From: a virus
Taxonomy: Duplodnaviria > Caudoviricetes
Strand: one strand, 5' to 3'
Virus record (IMG/VR): IMGVR_UViG_3300025451_000005
Coordinates: 1 to 26,597 of that record
DNA length: 26,597 bases
Shown here: positions 1-8,187 of the stretch, piece after piece
Position numbering within the stretch: the stretch's first letter is position 1
Layout: each line of letters begins with the position of its first letter
Notes under the pieces: generated by a model
What the model saw: the letters and a program-made list of their open reading frames with translations, nothing else
Databases searched by the model: none
Told to the model about the DNA's origin: nothing
Program-made: the position numbers and the translations under genes

Positions 1-127
1 GAGCAAATTGACGCACGTTTGCGTTTTGTGCTCTCAGCAATACACTACTTGAAGAATCAAGTGGATGATTTTAAATAAGATTGGATATTAGATATGGCAC
101 TTAAATTAACACAATTGGCTAGTAAGC
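1..127. repeat. Terminal overlap, identical to 26471-26597 (circular contig)
   Basis: First 127 nt (GAGCAAATTG...GCTAGTAAGC) are identical to the last 127 nt; ORFs read through the junction. Confidence 0.97.
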
Positions 128-396
128 CACAACTGATTAAGATTATTCTGAACGATAAAGAAATCGTTGAGAAATTTGGTGATGAACTTGAATTTTGGAT
201 TATGGATCGTCAGCCCATTGATCAATTTATCAAGATGGCAACAATGGACAATTCCAATCAAGGTGAATTGATTCATATGGTAAATGATCTTGTGCTGGAT
301 GAAAAAGGCAACAAGATCCTAGGTGATGGAGAAGCACTTCCAAATACTGTTATGGTCAGCGTTATTTCTGCGGTGGTAGATCGCCTGGGAAAGTAA
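94..396 (+). CDS. Tail assembly chaperone (lambda gpG-like)
   Basis: 100 aa; lies between tail tube and tape measure genes; ends in G GGA AAG TAA slippery site. Confidence 0.8.
   Translation: MALKLTQLASKPQLIKIILNDKEIVEKFGDELEFWIMDRQPIDQFIKMATMDNSNQGELIHMVNDLVLDEKGNKILGDGEALPNTVMVSVISAVVDRLGK
387..393 (+). other. Programmed -1 ribosomal frameshift site GGGAAAG
   Basis: Same heptamer and phase (G GGA AAG, Gly-Lys) as lambda G/GT; the -1 frame is open from here to 659. Confidence 0.88.
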
Positions 397-659
397 CCCA
401 AGAGGAGGTCCGTGAAGGATCTTCTGAACTATCAATGGTAATGTTGATAGATACTTTAAGTGAACGTTATGGAAAGTTGCCCAGTGAAGTTATTCGCCAA
501 GCAACCACATTTGATGTATTCATTGCAGATACTGCAATAGGATATCGTAATGCACAGCAGGAACGAGCAAGCAATGGTGGCAAACCAGTAGTTGATCCAG
601 CAGCATTTAAAGATGAAGAATTGTTAAAGATGATTAAGGAGTCACGTGGCGAAAGTTAA
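393..659 (+). CDS. Frameshifted C-terminal part of tail assembly chaperone (gpGT-like, fusion about 188 aa from 94)
   Basis: -1 frame reads VTQEEVREGSSELSMVMLIDTLSERYGKLPSEV..., continuous with ORF 435..659. Confidence 0.8.
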   Translation, partial: VTQEEVREGSSELSMVMLIDTLSERYGKLPSEVIRQATTFDVFIADTAIGYRNAQQERASNGGKPVVDPAAFKDEELLKMIKESRGES

Positions 660-942
660 TTTAACCAGTTTCAACCAGCAGATGTCTGCATTGGAAAATA
701 TTGCTGCTGATCTCCCTGCGGCTGTGCATGCTGAGTTTGTAAAGAACACACCCATTGACAAAGGACATGCTCGTCGTTCAACAAAATTACAAAACAATAC
801 CATCATTGCTGACTACCCTTACAGTCAACGTTTAGAAGATGGGTATTCAAAACAAGCGCCACGAGGCATGGTTGAGCCCACAGAAAAATGGATTCTGAAG
901 GAAGTGAATCGTAGATTAAAAGGAACACAAAATGGCAAGTAA
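646..942 (+). CDS. HK97 gp10-like tail completion/neck protein
   Basis: GTG start after AAGGAG; motifs TPIDKGHARRS and YSQRLEDGYSKQAPRGM resemble the P-V-D-T-G-x-L-R-x-S family. Confidence 0.7.
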   Translation: MAKVNLTSFNQQMSALENIAADLPAAVHAEFVKNTPIDKGHARRSTKLQNNTIIADYPYSQRLEDGYSKQAPRGMVEPTEKWILKEVNRRLKGTQNGK

Positions 943-3538
943 TATTCGTGTCACGTTAGAAATAGATAATAAGAAATACCTGTCAGGTATCAAAGCCAGT
1001 GAAGCTGCAACTAAAACGTTTGCCACCTCTGCTGAAAAAAGTGTAAGTCAGGCCAATAATGCCTTTGCAAAAATTAACAATACCACAGACGGTATTGTCA
1101 AACGTTTCTCAGGACTTAGAAGTGCTATTGCTGGTCTAGCATTTGGCGCTATGGGTAAAAGTGCATTGGCCATGGCTGATGAACTACAAGATCTTAGCAA
1201 TAGTTCTGGTATCGCAGTAGGCAGATTATTAGAATTAAAGAAGGCATTAGAAACATCTGGTGGTGAAGCAGCAGCAATGCCTGCTGCCATTAATCAATTT
1301 GCTCGCAGTATTGATGAAGCAGCACAAGGTAGTGCAGCAGCACAATACAGTTTTGCACAGGTAGGTATAAGTTTGCGTGACTTAGGTAAGTTAAGTGAAC
1401 AAGATTTACTGAAGAAAACATTAAAAGGCATTGCAGCTATTGAAGATCCAAGTCGTCGGGCAGCATTGATGATGGACAAGTTTGGCAAGAGTTTTAAAAC
1501 TGTTGATCCAGGTGAACTATTGGCCAAATTAGAAGGAGCTGCTGGTTCAGGAGACAAATATGCTGCTAGTATTAAACGTGCTGCAGAATTGAATGATGCA
1601 TTTGCCACAGCGTCAGGTAATTTGAGATTAGCATTCTTAGAAGCATTTAGTCCTGCTATTACATTGATTAATGATTTCAATGCCAAAGTGGCAGAAGGTA
1701 CAGCCAGCATGGATGGGCTTGTAACTGCTATCAAAATTGCAGGCGCATTATTGATCACAGCATTCAGCGCCAGTCTGATATTGCCAGCTGTGGCTGCATT
1801 TGGTAGTCTGGGTCGTGCAGTTGGCATCACTGCCGGAGCAGCAGGCTTTGCAGGTCTAAGCAAATCAATGGCCAGCACTTTCAGAGTCCTGGGACCATTA
1901 AACAGTAGCTTGCGTGCCATTGGCTTGTTGTTTGCAGGTGGATTAGGCCTTGCAGCAGCTGGTCAGTTGTTTGATGACTTTGGCAGTATGGCAGTAAATG
2001 CACTTGCTCGTATAATTGAAATGATTGGCAGTATAATTTTCAGTCTTTCTGGTGGTGCATTAGGTGCTGCTTTGGGCTCAGCTTTGGGTCCTGTAGGCAC
2101 TATATTAGGTGGACTAGCCGGAGCCTATGCCGGTGACAAATTAAGTGATGCAGTTGGCATGCCTAAATTGATAGAAAATGCTCAACGTGCTCGTGAAGAA
2201 GCGGAAAAGTTGGCCAAATCAACCCGAGATGCTGCTGCTGCTCGTAAAAAGTTTGCCGAGTCTGATCCAAGACGCACCGATGCTCCTTCAACTGCCCCAA
2301 CTGGACGTCCTGTAACAGATGCATTGGCTCGTCAACGTGATGCTATCCGTGAAAACATTTTGGAATTTCGCAAGCTCACATCAGAAAAAATTAATGACAT
2401 CAACACTGATAACATGTTGATTGGTAAAAGTGCAGATTTTGCAGAAGTGATTCGTGCTCAAGAAGAAATTTACAAACGTGCTGCTGACAAGTGTGATGAG
2501 TTACGTCGAGCTAAAAGCAATTTGACTGATCAAGAAGGTGCTCTGAGTGGTGAGTATGATAAGCAAATTGCGTTGATTGCTAAACAAGCCGAAGTAGATG
2601 GCGAACGAGTAAAACGCAGCATTGAAAACAGTCAAGGACTACGTGCCATTGAAGCTGACCGTATAGCAGGTCTGGAACGCATGACTCATGCCATGGATGA
2701 ACAAGCCAAACGTTCTGATGCGTTAGCACAAGCACAATTGGGACTCCGCGCTGCTATGGAAGATGTGAATTTTGCTGGAGCGCAAGCAGGTAAGAGTCCA
2801 TTTGCACAACAGGCTGCACAGATTGTAGAAGATGCTCGTAAAGCGGCATTGGAAGCAGGTCGTGCATTTGCAGCAGCATTTGAAGATACTGGAGATGGAC
2901 TAACACCAGCTCGCGCACAAGAATTGTCTGATGGACTTAAAGCAATTTCTGATGGTTACAAAGGCATTACAGATGCACAACAAGTGAACTTAGAAGCAAG
3001 TCGCACCTGGAGTGCTGGGTGGGACAAAGCATTTGGCGAATACAAAGATTCTGCACAGAACGCCGCTGAACAAAGTACTACATACTTCAACACATTCACA
3101 AGTGGATTTGAAGATGCTATTGTAAACTTTGTTAAGACTGGTAAGTTAAGTTTCAAAGATCTTGCCAACAGTTTAATTGCTGATTTTGCTCGTATTCAAG
3201 CCAAGAAGCTATTGCTGGGTTTAATGGATCTAGGTGGCGGTGGTGGTTCAGGTGGCATCCTAAGCACTATCTTTGGTGGTGGACGTGCCAATGGTGGAGC
3301 AGTTGGTGTTGGTGGCGCTTATATGGTTGGTGAACGTGGTCCAGAGATGTTTGTTCCACGTAATGCTGGCACTATTGTTCCTAACTCGTCAATGGGTGGT
3401 AACAATATTACTCAGGTTACATATAATATACAAGCAGCAGATGCTGCAAGTTTTAGACAGATGATTGCAAGGGATCCAGAGTTTTTATACGCTGTGACTG
3501 AAAGAGGTCGTAACAATGTCCCAAGTGGTCGCAGATAA
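932..3538 (+). CDS. Tail tape measure protein
   Basis: 868 aa, Ala-rich helical, central hydrophobic Gly/Ala segments, lambda-like C-terminal motif FVKTGKLSFKDLANSLIADFARI, and GGxV...YMVGERGPEMFVP. Confidence 0.95.
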   Translation: MASNIRVTLEIDNKKYLSGIKASEAATKTFATSAEKSVSQANNAFAKINNTTDGIVKRFSGLRSAIAGLAFGAMGKSALAMADELQDLSNSSGIAVGRLLELKKALETSGGEAAAMPAAINQFARSIDEAAQGSAAAQYSFAQVGISLRDLGKLSEQDLLKKTLKGIAAIEDPSRRAALMMDKFGKSFKTVDPGELLAKLEGAAGSGDKYAASIKRAAELNDAFATASGNLRLAFLEAFSPAITLINDFNAKVAEGTASMDGLVTAIKIAGALLITAFSASLILPAVAAFGSLGRAVGITAGAAGFAGLSKSMASTFRVLGPLNSSLRAIGLLFAGGLGLAAAGQLFDDFGSMAVNALARIIEMIGSIIFSLSGGALGAALGSALGPVGTILGGLAGAYAGDKLSDAVGMPKLIENAQRAREEAEKLAKSTRDAAAARKKFAESDPRRTDAPSTAPTGRPVTDALARQRDAIRENILEFRKLTSEKINDINTDNMLIGKSADFAEVIRAQEEIYKRAADKCDELRRAKSNLTDQEGALSGEYDKQIALIAKQAEVDGERVKRSIENSQGLRAIEADRIAGLERMTHAMDEQAKRSDALAQAQLGLRAAMEDVNFAGAQAGKSPFAQQAAQIVEDARKAALEAGRAFAAAFEDTGDGLTPARAQELSDGLKAISDGYKGITDAQQVNLEASRTWSAGWDKAFGEYKDSAQNAAEQSTTYFNTFTSGFEDAIVNFVKTGKLSFKDLANSLIADFARIQAKKLLLGLMDLGGGGGSGGILSTIFGGGRANGGAVGVGGAYMVGERGPEMFVPRNAGTIVPNSSMGGNNITQVTYNIQAADAASFRQMIARDPEFLYAVTERGRNNVPSGRR

Positions 3539-3548
3539 GGATTAAGAT

Positions 3549-4190
3549 ATGAGTTTTCAATGGATATTCGACAATGCTGAAACACTCAGCATCAACAAAC
3601 GACCAATCGTGAGTCAAACCATCAGCCGTGATCAACATGTTCGTAGTGTTAGTCGTGGTGGTGCTGTTTGGCGCTTTACTATTAAGATGCCAGATGGCAA
3701 GCGTTGGAGCGAAGTGCGTGGCCTGATTGAAGGTATTGACCAGGCCAACTTGTTAAGCAGTGAAACTGTCAATCTTGGCAAGGCTGCTTATAATTATATT
3801 GTAGGTTATCGTGGTGCTGCTGCTGACCCTACTACTATGACTTTTAAATATACAGCAGCACAAGCTGCTAGTGATACAACAAAGTTTGAATTGGGCAGTA
3901 TGCCTGGTAGTGCAGGCACTGTACTATTCCGTGCTGGTGACTTCGTTCAACCAACTGGCTCTACAAGTGTTTACACTATTGTAGCAGATGTTGTTAAAGG
4001 CGCCAATCCAACACAACTTGTAAAAGTCAACCGTGGCATACTAAGCACACCAAGTGATACAGCCGTTACACTAAAAGTAGGCAGTGCTGTGAACTGGACA
4101 GTTATTTGTACAAGTTGTCCACAGTGGAGTCTGATTGCATATGATATTGTAGGTTGGTCCGGCGAGTTTCAATTCCAAGAGGTGTTGTAA
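3549..4190 (+). CDS. Putative distal tail protein
   Basis: 213 aa, beta-rich, directly after the tape measure gene; ends WSGEFQFQEVL. Mainly synteny. Confidence 0.6.
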   Translation: MSFQWIFDNAETLSINKRPIVSQTISRDQHVRSVSRGGAVWRFTIKMPDGKRWSEVRGLIEGIDQANLLSSETVNLGKAAYNYIVGYRGAAADPTTMTFKYTAAQAASDTTKFELGSMPGSAGTVLFRAGDFVQPTGSTSVYTIVADVVKGANPTQLVKVNRGILSTPSDTAVTLKVGSAVNWTVICTSCPQWSLIAYDIVGWSGEFQFQEVL

Positions 4191-4795
4191 TGTCTACATC
4201 CCTTGACTTAACCTCATATAAGCACGTCCAACAAGCATCATTTGTTCGTATGGAAGTGCCCACATATGGTATCATTCGTTTCAGCAATCATAATGTGCCA
4301 TTTAACATTGTTGAACAAGATAGTATTGCATACACTTATTTGCCAATGGGCATTCTACTTGGCATTAGTGAGCTTAACAATGAACTACAACCTAGTGCCA
4401 GTGATGTAACAATCAGTCTAAGTGCAATTGATCAAGACTTTGTGGCCGCAATGATGAACTATGCACTAAAGGGCAGCAGAGTTACCATTCGTAGAGTGTT
4501 CTTTAATAGTGACACTGGTGTTGCACTAAATATCTCTGGTAATCCTAGTATTAGATTTAAAGGTATTATTGCAAACTATAGTTTCAATGATGAATTTAAC
4601 CAATTCAACAATGCTTCAACTACAACAGTTAGTGTTAGTTGTTCAAGCATTGTAAAAGTATTAGAACAAAAGATAGTAGGCCAGAAAACGAATGATAGCG
4701 ATCGCAAATACTTTTATCCTGCTGACACTGGCTTTAATCGTGTGGCAGCTATTGTCACAAGCAACTTTGACTTTGGTAAAAAGTTAAATACATGA
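4190..4795 (+). CDS. Putative tail hub/baseplate protein (DUF2163-like)
   Basis: Likely start ATG 4190 (TAATG overlap with the upstream stop); motifs GSRVTIRRVFF, RFKGII, YPADTGF; position after distal tail gene. Confidence 0.6.
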   Translation: MSTSLDLTSYKHVQQASFVRMEVPTYGIIRFSNHNVPFNIVEQDSIAYTYLPMGILLGISELNNELQPSASDVTISLSAIDQDFVAAMMNYALKGSRVTIRRVFFNSDTGVALNISGNPSIRFKGIIANYSFNDEFNQFNNASTTTVSVSCSSIVKVLEQKIVGQKTNDSDRKYFYPADTGFNRVAAIVTSNFDFGKKLNT

Positions 4796-5241
4796 TACGA
4801 GCAGCAACAGTCCATGACATTGAACAGGTGCTAAGTTTATTAAAAGACTTTGCAGCAGCCAGTTTAATTGATTACAAAACATGGACTGTTAAGGATGAAG
4901 GTTCTGCCAGATTCAAACTGCTTAATCTAGTAATGCATCAATATCTTATTGTTGCAGAAAAAGATGGGCAGTTGATTGGCATGATAGGCGCCATGCAAGA
5001 ACAAGATCCTTGGATTGCCAGTAGAAGTAGAATGCGTGAATTGTTTTGGTGGGTTGACCCAATCCATCGTAGAGGAAGATTGTCGGCAGAATTGTATATT
5101 CGTTGGGAACAAGACTGCGAAAGATTTATCCGAGATAAATTAGTGGATCAAGTCAGCTTGTCCACCCAACCTGGTAGTAGTGATTTAGATCTTACTCGGC
5201 GTGGTTGGAGATGTGTTGAGAGTCATTGGATTAAGGAATAA
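4792..5241 (+). CDS. GNAT-family acetyltransferase-like protein
   Basis: MIRAATxxD start, LIVAEKDGQLIGMI strand, ELFWWVDPIHRRGRLS resembling GNAT motif A. Confidence 0.8.
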   Translation: MIRAATVHDIEQVLSLLKDFAAASLIDYKTWTVKDEGSARFKLLNLVMHQYLIVAEKDGQLIGMIGAMQEQDPWIASRSRMRELFWWVDPIHRRGRLSAELYIRWEQDCERFIRDKLVDQVSLSTQPGSSDLDLTRRGWRCVESHWIKE

Positions 5242-5244
5242 GAT

Positions 5245-8169
5245 ATGGCAGGTTTTTTAACAGCAGCAGCAGCCGCAATTGGCAGCTCAAGTATTGGTGG
5301 TGCGATTGTTCGTATTCTGATTGCGTATGGCGTTAGTAAATTAATCAATAAAGCAACTGGTATTGACAATAGCAATACAACAGTTGATCAAGGTGTTCGT
5401 TTACAATTAGCACCTGACACAACAAACCCAATCCCACTTGTTTTTGGTAGTGCTTACCTGGGTGGTAAGATTACAGATGCACAAATTACTGATGCAAATC
5501 AGACAATGTGGTATTGCTTGACAGTAGCAGAAGTCCCAACAGTAAATCGTTTAAGTGATTCAGCAGCCATTGTAACTAGTTTTGATGAAATTTATTGGAA
5601 CAACCAACGTGTTTATTTTCAGGCTGACGGTATCACAATTGACTATCTTGTAAATCAAGATGGTATCGTTGATACAAGTCCACGTGGATTGGTTAAGATT
5701 TATTTGTATAAGAATGGCAGTGCTAATCCAACATTGCCAAGTGACTTAGGTGAATACTTAGGCACGATACCTCCAGTTCCAGCGGCTGCAAATACATTGA
5801 TGCCCGGTTGGACTGCTACCAGCACAATGGACAACTTGTCATTTGCCTTGGTAAAAGTATCGTACAATCGCGATAAGAACATTACTGGTTTGCAAGACAT
5901 TCAGTTTAAGTTAAGCAATAACTTGTTCAAACCTGGTGATGCAATTTATTCTTATTTGCGTAATGAGATTTCAGGTGTTGGTTTTGATTCTACAATGATT
6001 GATACTGCCAGTCTAGTTGCATTAAACAATTATGCAGATGATACTATCAGTTACCTAGATGAAGAAGATAATACAGTCAAGACACTTGCAAATCGTTACC
6101 AGATTAATGGTGTAATTAACCCGACTGATAATGTTATGACTAACTTGCAAAAGTTGGCCAGCAACACCGGTTGCTTTGTAAACTATGATATTGGCACAGG
6201 TCTATGGGGTGTCACAATCAACCGTGATAGTAGCCCTACACTTGCATTTGATGACAGCAACATTATTTCTGGTATTGACTTAACTGGTACTAACTTAGAC
6301 AACATGTTTAACGCAGTTGAAGTTGAATTTCCTCATCGTCAATTGCGAGATCAGATTGATAGTATTCGTATTGACTTACCAACTGAATACCGCAATAGCA
6401 ATGAACCAGATAATGTATTAAAGATTAGACTGGATTTGCTTAATGAGCCATTGCAGGCACGCGAGTTAGGTTACTTAGAGTTATACCAAAATCGTATGGA
6501 TCAGGTTATCACATTTACAAGTGATTATAGCAAGATCAATACTGAAGCAGGTGACATCATCACAGTGACAAGTGGCGTATATGGCTGGTCAGTGCAACCA
6601 TTCCGTGTTATTCGTGTTCGTGAAGTTGAAGGTGATGAAGGCGGACTCGCAGTTGAAATCACAGCACAAGAATATGACGCCACAATGTATACTGCTGGCG
6701 GACAGCCAAGACGCCCTCGAGTTCCAAGCGATGCAATTGGCATTCCTGGCATTGCTGTTATTGGCATTCCAGATATTCCAACTGTTACTTTAATCAACTT
6801 GGTTGCCGTACCAGCAATTGATGTTACTGGTTTAACTCCAAGTGGTATTGTTGACCGCTTTGAATACTGGTATAGCAGTGATGCTGGTGCAACTTACAAA
6901 TTATTGGGCACAAGACGCAATAGCAATGGTTCGCCATATAATGAAGATACAAGTTTAACATTCCGTGCGGCTGAATTAGTTGCTGGCACATATTTGTTTA
7001 AAGTTCGTGGTGGCAATGCAACTGCATTTGGTCCATTTAGCACAGCAACTGCTGGCATTGTCTGGGCACCAGTACAGGTAACTGATGCAGTCAGTGATAT
7101 CACGCAAGTAACAGGTAGCATGGCTGACTTAATTGGCCCGCTTGCTATGGGTGCAATTGCATACTTTGCTTATCAGCAATTGTATCCAGAAATTATGGGT
7201 GCATTAGGTGACAGTGAATTGGGTGAAATCTTTGGCATTCCAAGTAGCGCAGTGCAGACAATGCAAAACGCAAGTGGCAACTTTAAGATTATCCAAGTTG
7301 GCGATAGTATTCAAACTCCATACACCAATGACACTATTACGTTCATTGCAGGTGATGGCATTACAATCACAGCAGAAGCTGATGCTGGCACAATCACTAT
7401 CAATAGTGTGGGTGTAGCCGGTGGACTTATTAATGACTTAGACGACGTTGATACTGTAACAAAACCGCCTGCTGTTGATGCTGTACTTAAATGGGATGGC
7501 AATAATTGGATTCCGAGTATCATTGATACAAATCCAAGTGGTGGTGGTGATCCTGCAAGCATAAATGTAGACTTTGATAGTGAACTTGATTTCATTATGG
7601 ACACTTGTCAACAGTTATCGCCTAATCCAATTCGTATTAAACGATTAGGCGGCACATATCAGGTTCCTAGAAAATATATCATTGCTGGCGGCACAAAAAC
7701 ATTAACATGTTATGCAACATCTATGCCAACGCTTAGTATTCCTGGTCATGGAACACCTATTGCTGAAGTTAGACCATTTACTAAGGGTAGTTTTTTATTA
7801 TATGCGCCAAGTTACCCAGCTGTGCATTTAAAGACTATCAATTACAATGTAATAAACGGAACTGAAGTTATTGCATATTGTAATTTTAATGATGATGGCA
7901 CTCCGATAACTGGTGGGAATTATTGTTCTACAATGCCACCAACAAGCAGACCAGTCTTTTCAACTGTGGAATTCCCAGCTGGAAATAGGTTTGTTACATT
8001 TGCAATGATACAAGGTTGGACGCCAATTGAAGGAGGTAAGTATCCTATAAATAACGTGCAATACACAACATTGCCAACTGAGTATTATGCTCAGACTTAT
8101 AGCGTTGTTCAATACCCAAGATTGTGTAGAAACTCAAATGGCGCTGCGGTAAATTACGATTTTAGCTAA
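5245..8169 (+). CDS. Tail tip/central fibre protein (lambda J-like) with FN3-like domain
   Basis: 974 aa; N-terminal IPLVFG motif, RYQINGVI, FNAVEVEF, FRVIRVRE...EITAQEYDATMY, FN3-like YLFKVRGGN. Confidence 0.85.
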   Translation: MAGFLTAAAAAIGSSSIGGAIVRILIAYGVSKLINKATGIDNSNTTVDQGVRLQLAPDTTNPIPLVFGSAYLGGKITDAQITDANQTMWYCLTVAEVPTVNRLSDSAAIVTSFDEIYWNNQRVYFQADGITIDYLVNQDGIVDTSPRGLVKIYLYKNGSANPTLPSDLGEYLGTIPPVPAAANTLMPGWTATSTMDNLSFALVKVSYNRDKNITGLQDIQFKLSNNLFKPGDAIYSYLRNEISGVGFDSTMIDTASLVALNNYADDTISYLDEEDNTVKTLANRYQINGVINPTDNVMTNLQKLASNTGCFVNYDIGTGLWGVTINRDSSPTLAFDDSNIISGIDLTGTNLDNMFNAVEVEFPHRQLRDQIDSIRIDLPTEYRNSNEPDNVLKIRLDLLNEPLQARELGYLELYQNRMDQVITFTSDYSKINTEAGDIITVTSGVYGWSVQPFRVIRVREVEGDEGGLAVEITAQEYDATMYTAGGQPRRPRVPSDAIGIPGIAVIGIPDIPTVTLINLVAVPAIDVTGLTPSGIVDRFEYWYSSDAGATYKLLGTRRNSNGSPYNEDTSLTFRAAELVAGTYLFKVRGGNATAFGPFSTATAGIVWAPVQVTDAVSDITQVTGSMADLIGPLAMGAIAYFAYQQLYPEIMGALGDSELGEIFGIPSSAVQTMQNASGNFKIIQVGDSIQTPYTNDTITFIAGDGITITAEADAGTITINSVGVAGGLINDLDDVDTVTKPPAVDAVLKWDGNNWIPSIIDTNPSGGGDPASINVDFDSELDFIMDTCQQLSPNPIRIKRLGGTYQVPRKYIIAGGTKTLTCYATSMPTLSIPGHGTPIAEVRPFTKGSFLLYAPSYPAVHLKTINYNVINGTEVIAYCNFNDDGTPITGGNYCSTMPPTSRPVFSTVEFPAGNRFVTFAMIQGWTPIEGGKYPINNVQYTTLPTEYYAQTYSVVQYPRLCRNSNGAAVNYDFS

Positions 8170-8187
8170 CAACAAAGGAGATTTTTG

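Noticed and set aside
1-127. Biological direct terminal repeat
   Set aside because: 127 nt equals a common assembler k-mer and the repeat cuts through genes; best read as circular-assembly overlap.
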